Source of the DNA: Clostridia bacterium
GTDB taxonomy: Bacteria; Bacillota; Clostridia; Oscillospirales; CAG-272
Length of the DNA stretch: 64,000 bases
Assembly: GCA_017461945.1 (NCBI GenBank)
Contig: JAFTSB010000067.1
Coordinates: 42,781-106,780, forward strand
Direction of reading: 5' to 3'
Made by a program: the position numbers and the translations under genes. The notes beneath the pieces are model-generated. The model made no database searches. It was not told where the DNA came from and saw only the letters and a program-made list of their open reading frames with translations. This document shows, in pieces, positions 46,201 to 55,615 of the stretch. The stretch's first letter is position 1. Every line of letters starts with the position of its first letter.

Positions 46201-46306
46201 AGGATAAGGGCCCTCCTTATTGGATTTGAGCTACAAAAAGCAGCTCTTCCTTATTATGCTATGCGAGAATACCGAATTTGACAAAAAACTTGGAGTTTTG
46301 TCGAAA

Positions 46307-48589
46307 TCACTCCAGACGGTAGATACACTCCCCGGGCAGTAATATGTGCTTTTCTTTATCATACCCGATAAACAGATCCGGATATTCTTTTCTGGCAAGC
46401 ACCAGCTCGTCAGGGGGCGTGGTATACGACAGTGCAAATATTTCTTTTGGGATGGGACCATGTGAGCCAAGAATCAGAACCTCCGGTGCTTCGCCGCTCC
46501 GTACAATATTGGCGTGAGCGGCATATTCCGTATAAGAAGCGCTTTGATAAAGCAGCTCGCTTTCTCCAAAGCGGAAGGACAAGCAATACGCAGGCTCTAC
46601 CGATCTTTCTTCAAACAACGGCGTTGACAACTGTATGCTCCCCGTCTCAAACACCGTTAAGGGACAGTTTCGTTCATAAACCGTTACGGGAATCTCGGCG
46701 CGCATGGCGACCTCTAAAAGCGAAAAATGAACGGCAAGATCCTTCTCGGTGATCGGCGGCGGCAGCCAAAGGGCTCGCACGGGAATATCGCTTGCAAAGC
46801 GTGAGAGAGCGGTCACCTGCTTGCTATGATAATGCGTCAGTAGCAGAACATCCACATCGGTGGCGCCCATTTCCTGCGCCAAACGATAGCTCCCTTGCAA
46901 TTGCGTGCGGCTTCCGTTTGAAAGATCACAAAGCACCGTGTCTCCATTTTGCACCAACACGATCCCCTCGTTACTTCCTTGATATCGATAGATAGCCTCA
47001 ACATGGTCCTTGCCCGTCTTAGCAACTACGATCGTGCATATCACAAAAGCAAGCAATGCCACAGCCGATGGTACGCAAACAAGCGCGCGCCATTTCTTCA
47101 GATCGACCAGTAAGAGCACGGCAGTCATGAAAAAGAGTGGGATAAAAATGTACGGAACAAACTCCTGGCGCAGTGAAATCACACAATCCAGAGATGCCAG
47201 TTGTTCTGTTACGATCAGAATGCCTTTTGCCGGCAAAGCGGTTATTGTTGCCACAATAGAAGCAACTGCCGGCAATGGCAGCAGAAGTACCGTGATCACC
47301 GACAAGATCAAAAGCGGAGTCAAAGGCAATAGCATTGCCAGATTGGATAGCGGTGCCACAAGAGAAAGCTCACCGAAAACCAGCCATTGCACCGGCAGGA
47401 CGGCAATCGTTGCAGAAAATGTAATAAAAAGCGAGGCGATCACAGCGCGCAAAGCGCCCACAGCAATTCCCTTGATTCCTTTTTGGGCCGGCAGCCATTG
47501 GTGCAGTTGATTCCAAAGCTCTCCAAACGCCAGAATACCAAAGGTAGCCAACATGGTCATTTGAAAAGAAAGATCAAACACCGCACCCGGGGTCGCAAGC
47601 ACCATCGCAGCGCCCGAGAAACACAAGGAGGTCAAGGGGTCACGGTCTCCCCCTGCAAAGAAGGCACCGCCTGCCATCAGCAGCATCAGCACGGAGCGCA
47701 GCATCGAAAATGTACACCCGGTAAAAATCAAATATCCGACACAAAGCACCGCCACACCGAGAATGCGCCAACGCCGTGACACTCGACAAAGATACAAAAA
47801 ACGATCGGTAGCCCCGGCGAGGATCGACAGATGCAATCCGCTAAGAGCCAGCAAATGCGATAATCCTACGCGGCGAAAATCGCGCGTTACGCGATCCGAA
47901 AGTCCATTCTTTGTACCAAGCACCAAGGCAGAAATCAAATCCCCTTCATCACCCGAAACAACGCGCTTTATTCGCAAGCGTAAGCCTTCTCTGAAATCGG
48001 CCAGACGCGCACGGAAGGAATGCGTGCCGCTTGCCATCAGTTCTACATCAGCTTGCGCAACCAAAGCGGCATAAGCGCCTTCGGCAACATAGCGGCTGCT
48101 CTCCCCCTTATAATATATGTGATCCTCCAGCGGTGTAATCGTAGCGCGCACACGAATTTGGTCGCCATAGTAAAGCGGAGTCATGCCGTCAAAAACCATC
48201 AAAGCATTGCCCTGCACGCGCTCCCCTGCCAGTTCTTCTACTTTCACCAAAAGGCGCGAGCCATAGGCGGTACGATCATAGATCTCCCGAACACGCACCA
48301 CGCAGGTAACGGTATTGCTCATATAAGAATCAAAATCTTCCTTTGCCTGTGTCCGATCCCATAACACGCGGCCGCCACCAAGCAACATGCACAGCAAAAT
48401 TAAAAATACAGTCAAGGCGTGGTGGTCAAAGCCGCGGCATTTTGCACATATAAAAAACAATAACAGCAGCGCGGCCAAGACAACGATTGCGATTTGAAGA
48501 ACGATATGCGAAACAAAGAAAGAAGCAGCAACGACCACGATCAAGCAAATGGTTGCAAACGCAAGAGGACGAAACCGCAAAAGTGCCAT
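46307..48589 (-). CDS. comEC: ComEC/Rec2 competence protein
   Basis: GLSHLLALSGLHL, LRSVLM and SFQMT; OB-like domain and C-terminal beta-lactamase-like domain. Confidence 0.88.
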   Translation of the reverse strand: MALLRFRPLAFATICLIVVVAASFFVSHIVLQIAIVVLAALLLLFFICAKCRGFDHHALTVFLILLCMLLGGGRVLWDRTQAKEDFDSYMSNTVTCVVRVREIYDRTAYGSRLLVKVEELAGERVQGNALMVFDGMTPLYYGDQIRVRATITPLEDHIYYKGESSRYVAEGAYAALVAQADVELMASGTHSFRARLADFREGLRLRIKRVVSGDEGDLISALVLGTKNGLSDRVTRDFRRVGLSHLLALSGLHLSILAGATDRFLYLCRVSRRWRILGVAVLCVGYLIFTGCTFSMLRSVLMLLMAGGAFFAGGDRDPLTSLCFSGAAMVLATPGAVFDLSFQMTMLATFGILAFGELWNQLHQWLPAQKGIKGIAVGALRAVIASLFITFSATIAVLPVQWLVFGELSLVAPLSNLAMLLPLTPLLILSVITVLLLPLPAVASIVATITALPAKGILIVTEQLASLDCVISLRQEFVPYIFIPLFFMTAVLLLVDLKKWRALVCVPSAVALLAFVICTIVVAKTGKDHVEAIYRYQGSNEGIVLVQNGDTVLCDLSNGSRTQLQGSYRLAQEMGATDVDVLLLTHYHSKQVTALSRFASDIPVRALWLPPPITEKDLAVHFSLLEVAMRAEIPVTVYERNCPLTVFETGSIQLSTPLFEERSVEPAYCLSFRFGESELLYQSASYTEYAAHANIVRSGEAPEVLILGSHGPIPKEIFALSYTTPPDELVLARKEYPDLFIGYDKEKHILLPGECIYRLE

Positions 48590-48701
48590 GAATACCACAC
48601 TCCTTTCTTGTTTTTTCAACAAATTCCTTTTCATTATAGACAAAAATCGGCAAAGTGTCAACTTTTCCTATAGTCCCCCACAAAAATAGCATCAAACGCC
48701 C

Positions 48702-48730
48702 TTGACAAATACGTTTTTTTTCGCTATAAT
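48702..48730 (+). promoter_or_regulatory. Consensus sigmaA promoter of the acp gene
   Basis: TTGACA-17-TATAAT. Confidence 0.85.
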
Positions 48731-48779
48731 GATAAAAAAATATGCGACAACAGTTTGAATTTATTGGAGGAAGATTTCT

Positions 48780-49001
48780 ATGTTTGAAAAAGTAAAAGAC
48801 TTGTTGGTTGAAGAACTGCAGCTCAACCCCAACGACATCACGCTGGACGCTGAGCTCTCCAAGGATCTGGGTATCAACTCCATCGAGTTGGCCGATCTCA
48901 TCATGCTGTGCGAAGAAAAGTTCGGCATTGAGATCTCCGAGGATGATTCCAACACCTTTAACACCGTTGGAGACGTTGTTAACTATCTCGAAACCCTCTG
49001 A
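48780..49001 (+). CDS. acpP: Acyl carrier protein
   Basis: 73-aa acidic protein with DLGINSIE, EEKFGIEI and TVGDVVNY. Confidence 0.85.
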   Translation: MFEKVKDLLVEELQLNPNDITLDAELSKDLGINSIELADLIMLCEEKFGIEISEDDSNTFNTVGDVVNYLETL

Positions 49002-49009
49002 TCAAACTT

Positions 49010-49040
49010 AAAAGCAGAGCGCCTTGGCGCTCTGCTTTTT
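49010..49040 (+). terminator. Intrinsic terminator
   Basis: aaaagcagagcgcc/ggcgctctgctttt stem. Confidence 0.85.
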
Positions 49041-49091
49041 ACTTGTCATAAAAGCCGTGAACTGCCCTTATATTGTAACGAGGTGATTACA

Positions 49092-49811
49092 ATGAAGCAA
49101 AACAGGGCTTTTTTCTTTTTTGGAGCTGTATTTCTTTCCTGCACGTTGCTGTTCTCTGCCGTTTTTCGCGTATGTCTACAACAATTAGAGACCGAAATCC
49201 CCACCAACGGTTCATCCATTCGCGATTCGCCCGTGATCATTTTGGATGCCGGCCACGGTGGTGAAGACGGCGGCGCCACCGGCACCAACGGCGTTCTGGA
49301 AAAGGATCTGAATTTAACAGTTACCAACACGCTGGCCGCCTTACTGCGCCTATCGGGCTACACCGTAGTGGAAACCCGCACAGAAGATAAGCTTTTATAC
49401 ACCGAAGGCACCAAAAAGGGGCACAAAAAGCAATCCGATCTGGAAAACCGTTTGTTTTTTACCACCCAATATGAGCAATGCCTGCTGATCAGCATTCATA
49501 TGAACACCTTTCCTGATACCTTTTGTCAAGGGGCGCAGGTATGGTTTTCTCCAAATCACCCAACTTCACGTGAGCTTGGCGAGCGTATACAAAACCGAAT
49601 CACCAACCTTGTGCAGCAAGACAATCATCGCCGCATAAAAGAGGCAACCAGCGGCATTTACATTCTGCGACACGCGCAGGTACCTGCAGTGTTGATCGAA
49701 TGTGGATTTCTTTCCACTCCATCGGATTGCGAAAGGCTTTGCACCCCTGAATATCAAAAAAAGCTGGTGCTGGCCATTTTTGATGCCATTGTGAAAAAAA
49801 CAGAGTTATAA
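49092..49811 (+). CDS. cwlD: N-acetylmuramoyl-L-alanine amidase (Amidase_3), CwlD-like
   Basis: N-terminal TM, ILDAGHGGEDGGA, EKDLNL, SIHMN, GAQVWF and LIECGFLS; possible sigmaE promoter GTCATA...CTTATATT at 49045-49074. Confidence 0.78.
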   Translation: MKQNRAFFFFGAVFLSCTLLFSAVFRVCLQQLETEIPTNGSSIRDSPVIILDAGHGGEDGGATGTNGVLEKDLNLTVTNTLAALLRLSGYTVVETRTEDKLLYTEGTKKGHKKQSDLENRLFFTTQYEQCLLISIHMNTFPDTFCQGAQVWFSPNHPTSRELGERIQNRITNLVQQDNHRRIKEATSGIYILRHAQVPAVLIECGFLSTPSDCERLCTPEYQKKLVLAIFDAIVKKTEL

Positions 49812-49874
49812 TCTTGAAAGCCTGCCATCAATATGTTATAATAACGGTAAAGTAAGACTTGATGCGAGGTCCAT

Positions 49875-51263
49875 ATGAAGCTAAAAACCGTTTATGTTTG
49901 CTCCGAATGCACCTACCGCTCCCCGAAATGGATGGGTAAATGCCCTTCTTGCGGTGCTTGGAACAGCTTTGTGGAGGATGTGATCGGTGAGGAAAGCAAG
50001 CCCGACACCGCCCGTTCTCCCCGTCGTGCGCTGACAGCACGCACCGGTGATCATAAAGCAACCCCTTATAAGGAAATGGAAATGCCCTCCTATATCCGTA
50101 CCGCAACCGGCCTTGGCGAGTTGGATCGCGTACTGGGCGGTGGTCTGGTGCTTGGCTCCGTGGTTTTACTTGCCGGTGAGCCCGGCATTGGTAAATCCAC
50201 ATTGCTGATGCAAATATCGGATATTTTAGGCAGCCACCGCAAGGTGCTCTACGTTTCGGGCGAGGAATCTGACGGTCAGCTTAAGCTTCGTGCCGAGCGG
50301 CTGGGCGTGGAGGGAGCCAATCTTTCGATTCTGACCGAAACCAACATTGAGCGGATTCTGGGAGAGATCGACCGCGTGTCCCCGGATGTCATCATTGTGG
50401 ATTCTATTCAGACCATTTACAGCGATAATATCGCCTCTACTCCCGGCGCCGTAACGCAGGTCAAGGAAACCGCACTTGCCTTTATCAACAAAGCCAAAAC
50501 CGATAATATTTCGGTAATTCTTGTAGGCCACGTTAACAAAGAAGGCACCATTGCAGGCCCCAAGGTATTGGAGCATATGGTCGATGCCGTGCTTTATTTT
50601 GAGGGCGAACGTCAGCAGACCTATCGCATCATTCGCGCCATTAAAAATCGCTATGGCTCCACCAATGAGATCGGTGTCTTTGAAATGACCGACGAAGGGC
50701 TTGCAGAAGTAGTCAATCCCTCGGAAATGCTGCTGGCAGGCCGCCCCCAAAACACCCCCGGCAACTGCGCCGTTTGCACCATGGAGGGTACTCGCCCTTT
50801 AATTGCAGAGATCCAGGCTTTGGTCAGCCCCACCGCCTTCCCTGCCCCCAGACGCACCTCCAACGGCATTGATTATAACCGTCTTTGTTTAATTTTGGCC
50901 GTTTTGGAAAAAAGACTTGGCCTTCGTTTTTCTGTCAACGATGTGTATCTGAATGTCATTGGCGGCATGCGCTTAGACGAGCCTGCCTCGGATGTGGCCG
51001 TGGCTATGGCTTTGATTTCGTCGCTGACCGATCGCGCCGTGCCCGACGATCTGATTGCCATTGGCGAGCTGGGGCTGTCGGGCGAATGCCGCTCGGTTTC
51101 CGGGTTGGAATACCGCGTCAAGGAGGCCGCCCGGCTGGGCTTTAAAAAGGCTGTGATCCCCTACCGCAATCTGGAAAAGCGCGCCATCAAGGCCGACATT
51201 GAGCTGATTCCCATCAAAAGCATTTTTGAGGTGCTGAAATATCTCTCTGCTCCTGAAAAATAA
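49875..51263 (+). CDS. radA: DNA repair protein RadA/Sms
   Basis: C4 zinc finger, GEPGIGKST, KNRYG and Lon-like C-terminal domain; TTGAAA-17-TATAAT promoter at 49814-49842. Confidence 0.97.
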   Translation: MKLKTVYVCSECTYRSPKWMGKCPSCGAWNSFVEDVIGEESKPDTARSPRRALTARTGDHKATPYKEMEMPSYIRTATGLGELDRVLGGGLVLGSVVLLAGEPGIGKSTLLMQISDILGSHRKVLYVSGEESDGQLKLRAERLGVEGANLSILTETNIERILGEIDRVSPDVIIVDSIQTIYSDNIASTPGAVTQVKETALAFINKAKTDNISVILVGHVNKEGTIAGPKVLEHMVDAVLYFEGERQQTYRIIRAIKNRYGSTNEIGVFEMTDEGLAEVVNPSEMLLAGRPQNTPGNCAVCTMEGTRPLIAEIQALVSPTAFPAPRRTSNGIDYNRLCLILAVLEKRLGLRFSVNDVYLNVIGGMRLDEPASDVAVAMALISSLTDRAVPDDLIAIGELGLSGECRSVSGLEYRVKEAARLGFKKAVIPYRNLEKRAIKADIELIPIKSIFEVLKYLSAPEK

Positions 51264-51305
51264 ATGCAAAAGAAGCGCTTGGTTTTCCAAGCGCTTCTTT
51301 TGTTA

Positions 51306-51857
51306 TTAAGCGGTTTTATCCTCTGCATCCTTTTTCCGAAAAAGCGGCATCAGCAGCGAAACCAACGCCGAGGTGATTGTAAAGGTCACCCCAATGTATA
51401 CCGTAATGGAATGTGCCTGCATAATGTTATAGATCAAGGTGCAAAGCGATGCCAGAATTGCCAGCATTTTGGTGTGCCTCGGCTCCTTCATCCAGAACGC
51501 AACGGTAGATAGCGAGGAACTGATGGCCGGAAAAATGCTGAAAATGTTGCTCCACGTCAGCACGGCAGACACCGCATACAGAATGATAAAAAACGGAAGC
51601 CACAGAATGCTTTTGCCAAATTTTTTATCTTGATTGTAAAATACAAAGGCACGGCAAAGGCAAAGGGCGCTGGTGGCGGCCGCCGGAAAGGCCGCAATCA
51701 GTAAATAGTGCGTCAGCCAGGATAGATCCTGCACCGTTTTAAAGGTCAAAATTCCCTTTCGCGTTTTGCGCTGATAAATGATCAGCGACATCGTCACGGC
51801 GACAACGCCAAAGCCTTGTGCGATCCAGTATAACGGCGAATTCAAAGCTCCACCCAT
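51306..51857 (-). CDS. YgjV-family inner membrane protein
   Basis: IAQGFG...YQ.K.RK.IL pattern, about 6 TM helices. Confidence 0.7.
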   Translation of the reverse strand: MGGALNSPLYWIAQGFGVVAVTMSLIIYQRKTRKGILTFKTVQDLSWLTHYLLIAAFPAAATSALCLCRAFVFYNQDKKFGKSILWLPFFIILYAVSAVLTWSNIFSIFPAISSSLSTVAFWMKEPRHTKMLAILASLCTLIYNIMQAHSITVYIGVTFTITSALVSLLMPLFRKKDAEDKTA

Positions 51858-53722
51858 CCTTCTTTGCCCTTGGCGCTCTCATACAGCTTATCCAGGACAT
51901 AGCGAGAACGAATACCGTTTTCTGCAGTCACGATAAGGGGTGTGCCGGTGCGCAGCGCATAAGCGAAATTATCGGCTGCCTGGTTCCATTCCTTTTTCAC
52001 GGGATAGGGGCTTTCCTCGGTCCAGCTGCCGTCCTTCCACCAATAGATGTGATCGCCCTCCGGACCGCCTGCGGTCAGCAGATAGGCACCCTTGTCACCA
52101 TAAACCTCCAGCCTGGTATACCAGGACGAGGCGGGATAGGAGGTGGTGGAGGAAAAGCGTGCGATCATACCGTTTTCGTAAAGAAGCTCACCGATGCCGT
52201 AATCCTCTGCCTCGATCTGATGGGTTTGCGTGGTCATGGTACATCTGACCTTTTGAGGCATGCCAAACACGCTTAAAAAGCGGTCTATCTCGTGGATGCC
52301 CTGATTGCTCATCGCACCGCCACCATCCATAGCCCACGTGCCGCGCCAAGCGCCGTTTTCATCAAAATAGGCCTTGTTGCGGCGGATATTCAAAATGATG
52401 TTGGCAGATTTCAGCTTGCCGAAATATCCGTCCTTCACTGCCAACTGCAGCTCCTTCAGTGGGCCGCGAAAATGCAGATCAAAATCCGGGGCAAACAGCA
52501 GACCCTTCTCCTTTGCCAGCTCCGCCACGTGGGCACATTTTTCATAAGTGACGTCCATGGGCTTGGTGGTCAGCACGTGCTTGCCGGCGCGCAGGCATTT
52601 CTCTGCAATATCGCAATGGGTGCCGGTGGGTGTTACAACATACATCACCTCTACGGCCGGATCCTTTAAAAAGGTGTCGATCTCCGTGCTATGGGGCACC
52701 TTGAACTGCTCGCCAATGGTCTTTGCCTTTTCGGCATTGATGTCACAAACACCCATCAGCTTGATGCCGCAGGTATCGCTGATCTGTGCGCAACGGTTTT
52801 TGCCCATACCAAGACCCACCACCACCATACGAACGGGATCATCCTTGTAGGGGCGATCAAAATAATGCTTCACCGACAGTGCCGTCTTCATATCCGCAGG
52901 CGCACTTTCGGGCCATACCTTTTTGATGTGCTGATAGCAGCGCTTAGTAGCTTCCTCGGCGGTCATGGAGGTCACGACGGAGGGTAAATGTGTTTCAATG
53001 GAAATGGGCAGCTGCTTTCCCGTCACGGCGGCGCCGCGCAAAACGCGATCCCAAGGCACCTTTTTGCCCTCGACCTCTGACAGCACGCCACGGCATTTCA
53101 CGTGTAGCATATTGGCATATTTCAAAGCCTTGGTGAAATAAGCAATGCAGTCTCCTTGCGCCTCGGGCAACAGTTCAAACATATTGGAAACATCCCACGC
53201 CATACCCCATTCGGGCACGTTCAATGCCTCAAGAAGCGTGATGACCTCATCAGGGGTTTGACCGCAATTTTCAAAACCGAGGATCAAGCCCGCCTCCCTG
53301 GCGCGCTTGGCAAAGGGATCAAACATCTCCAGCACGCGAGAGAGCTCGTCGGGGCGCATAGCAAGATCGCCGCAATGGGGATCATTTTGATCGTGCTGCC
53401 AGAAGTTAAAGGCGCGCACCATACGGCAATCCAGAATGTCGGCCGCACGGATGATTCCCTCCAGCTTTTCTCTTTCGGCCTGGATGCGTTCTGCATCGGG
53501 TAAATGTGTTTTACAAAGCGAGGATTGGATCACACCGGTTTTGAGTCCAAGGGCATCCAGCTGAGCCTTTAAGGCCTTTAACTGCTCGGTGCTTTGCTTT
53601 TCAATGGGTGCACCGTTGATCCGACCGCGGAAATCAACGTACTCCAACCCCCACTCGGCAAATTTGGGTAATACCTCGGTAACCTCTTTTTTTAGTTCAT
53701 CGGTAAAAACAGAAATATACAT
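51842..53722 (-). CDS. Fusion of a xylose-isomerase-like TIM barrel and a Gfo/Idh/MocA oxidoreductase
   Basis: N-terminal SVFTDE, GFEN, WDVSN, HVK and SIETH; C-terminal VVGLGMG, TPTGTH, TKPM and GGGAMSNQGIHEID. Confidence 0.85.
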   Translation of the reverse strand: MYISVFTDELKKEVTEVLPKFAEWGLEYVDFRGRINGAPIEKQSTEQLKALKAQLDALGLKTGVIQSSLCKTHLPDAERIQAEREKLEGIIRAADILDCRMVRAFNFWQHDQNDPHCGDLAMRPDELSRVLEMFDPFAKRAREAGLILGFENCGQTPDEVITLLEALNVPEWGMAWDVSNMFELLPEAQGDCIAYFTKALKYANMLHVKCRGVLSEVEGKKVPWDRVLRGAAVTGKQLPISIETHLPSVVTSMTAEEATKRCYQHIKKVWPESAPADMKTALSVKHYFDRPYKDDPVRMVVVGLGMGKNRCAQISDTCGIKLMGVCDINAEKAKTIGEQFKVPHSTEIDTFLKDPAVEVMYVVTPTGTHCDIAEKCLRAGKHVLTTKPMDVTYEKCAHVAELAKEKGLLFAPDFDLHFRGPLKELQLAVKDGYFGKLKSANIILNIRRNKAYFDENGAWRGTWAMDGGGAMSNQGIHEIDRFLSVFGMPQKVRCTMTTQTHQIEAEDYGIGELLYENGMIARFSSTTSYPASSWYTRLEVYGDKGAYLLTAGGPEGDHIYWWKDGSWTEESPYPVKKEWNQAADNFAYALRTGTPLIVTAENGIRSRYVLDKLYESAKGKEGWVEL

Positions 53723-53826
53723 AACAATGCTCCTTTTTCTTGACTTTTTGTGTCTTCTCTTTTATAATAATCTTAAAATCATTTTATTTATAGCACAAAA
53801 TTTCTCAAAAATAGGATATTTTTAAT

Positions 53827-54690
53827 ATGAGCGTTTATTTTAACAGACAAATCGAACTGAAGCTGATGCAAAAAAGCGCACCTGTCCTCTTTGTACACAA
53901 ACGCAGCTTTGACACGCCAGAGGGCTTTTCGCTACATCTGAACGACTGTGTTGAAGTCTATGTTTACGTTTCAGGCGAAACCGATTATATTATTGAAGAA
54001 AATTATCACACCCTGCGCCCCGGCGATATTATGGTGATATCTCCCCACGAGGTACACGTCCCCGTATTGAAATCTCCCTGTGAATATGAGCGCTTTTATT
54101 TGCTGTTTCCCCTTGACACCTTTGCGGATTATCGGTTTGACCCCCTGCTCCCTTTTGTGACAAGGCAGAAGGGCGCGTCGGCCAGGCTGGCACTCTCTGC
54201 ACAGGAAAAAGACAAGGCGTTAGATATTCTGCATCAGATCAGCGCCCTGTGTAAGGCTGATCCATCTCCCGGTGATCAGCTGACCGCGTGGGGGCTGACA
54301 ACGCAATTTTTGGGGCTGCTATCTCCGATTTCGCAGACCTGCGGTGATGAGGAGCCCTCCGGTGTTCCCGTTTTGCTGCGGCAGATCCTGCAATTCATCA
54401 GCATTTCTCCCCAGGAGCTGAAATCTGTTGGCGACATTGCCAAACATTTTCATATATCACCCCCTTATCTTTCCGCCTTGTTCAAAAAGCACGTAGGGGT
54501 GACAGCCAGCAGTTATCTGCGTATTAAAAAAATAGCACTTGCCAAAAAGCTGCTGGAAGCGGGAAACTCTGTGGCCTACACCTGCTATGAATGCGGCTTT
54601 TCGGATAGCTCTCACTTTATCAAAAACTTTAAGAATTTCACCGGGATCACGCCCTATCAATACAAGGAAATACACACAAAAAAGAGATGA
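53827..54690 (+). CDS. AraC-family regulator
   Basis: Cupin domain and C-terminal HTH CGFSDSSHFIKNFK. Confidence 0.9.
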   Translation: MSVYFNRQIELKLMQKSAPVLFVHKRSFDTPEGFSLHLNDCVEVYVYVSGETDYIIEENYHTLRPGDIMVISPHEVHVPVLKSPCEYERFYLLFPLDTFADYRFDPLLPFVTRQKGASARLALSAQEKDKALDILHQISALCKADPSPGDQLTAWGLTTQFLGLLSPISQTCGDEEPSGVPVLLRQILQFISISPQELKSVGDIAKHFHISPPYLSALFKKHVGVTASSYLRIKKIALAKKLLEAGNSVAYTCYECGFSDSSHFIKNFKNFTGITPYQYKEIHTKKR

Positions 54691-54691
54691 T

Positions 54692-54730
54692 AAAAGGGAG
54701 AGATGCTCCGTTTGGAGTATCTCTCCCTTT
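54692..54730. terminator. Bidirectional terminator
   Basis: aaaagggagagatgctcc/ggagtatctctccctttt stem. Confidence 0.8.
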
Positions 54731-54737
54731 TATAGCT

Positions 54738-55592
54738 TTATGCTTTTTCAAACATTTCGATCAATAGTCGACCGGTTTTGCCTGCCGTGGCCAAGAAATC
54801 TGCCACCATACAATCGGGCAGCTTACCATAAACAAATTCAAAAGTCAGATTCCCTTGATAACCAATCTCCTTAAGGGATGCCATTTGCTCTCTCCAGTCA
54901 ATATCCCCTTGAAACGGCATAACGTGCAGATCTTTGTTGTAGTAATTGTCATGAATGTGGGTGCAGGTTATGCGGGAGCCAAGCTCACGCATAGCAGCCG
55001 GCATCCCCTCACGGGTAAAAGCAAGACGTGCGTGACCGCTATCCCAACAACATACGACATGAGGATTATCAAAGCGATCGATCAGACCCTTTAATTCCTC
55101 CAAGCGCGAGGTGAAACGGTTGGGGGGTGCATCCTTGGCCCGGTTATCTTCAAAAACCGTTTCAAAAGCCACGCAAAGCCCCTTGGCTGAAGCCCGATCT
55201 ACATACGGTGCCCACAGCTCATACATTTCCTTCATAGCAGCATCAGCATCGTAAACGCCATCCTTTTGGACACGATAATCATCACCGTGCACGACAATTT
55301 GCTTGTTTCCCATGCGAATGGCGGCCTCAAAGGCGATATCCAGCAAAACCTTGTACTCCTCCATAGAGCGTTTTTTATAACGGTTAAAGGGAGCGTGGCT
55401 CTGCTCGATGGGCAGTTCCAGGGACTCGGAGGCATTTAAAAGCGAGGCCACCTGCTTTTCCCAGTTTTCGCTGCTGGGACTGTAATCAACAACAGTAAAA
55501 CCAGCCTCTTTGCAAAGGCGGAACATATTCATTGCACTTTTATCGGTCAGCTCGGTTCTTTGCAAATAGTTGGCACAAATCGAAAGCTCCAT
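54738..55592 (-). CDS. Sugar phosphate isomerase/epimerase (AP_endonuc_2 TIM barrel)
   Basis: QSHAPF, AFET, CWDSGH, HIHDN, DLH..PF.G.IDW and TFE. Confidence 0.88.
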   Translation of the reverse strand: MELSICANYLQRTELTDKSAMNMFRLCKEAGFTVVDYSPSSENWEKQVASLLNASESLELPIEQSHAPFNRYKKRSMEEYKVLLDIAFEAAIRMGNKQIVVHGDDYRVQKDGVYDADAAMKEMYELWAPYVDRASAKGLCVAFETVFEDNRAKDAPPNRFTSRLEELKGLIDRFDNPHVVCCWDSGHARLAFTREGMPAAMRELGSRITCTHIHDNYYNKDLHVMPFQGDIDWREQMASLKEIGYQGNLTFEFVYGKLPDCMVADFLATAGKTGRLLIEMFEKA

Positions 55593-55615
55593 ATCTTTTT
55601 CCTTTCCGAACGTTT

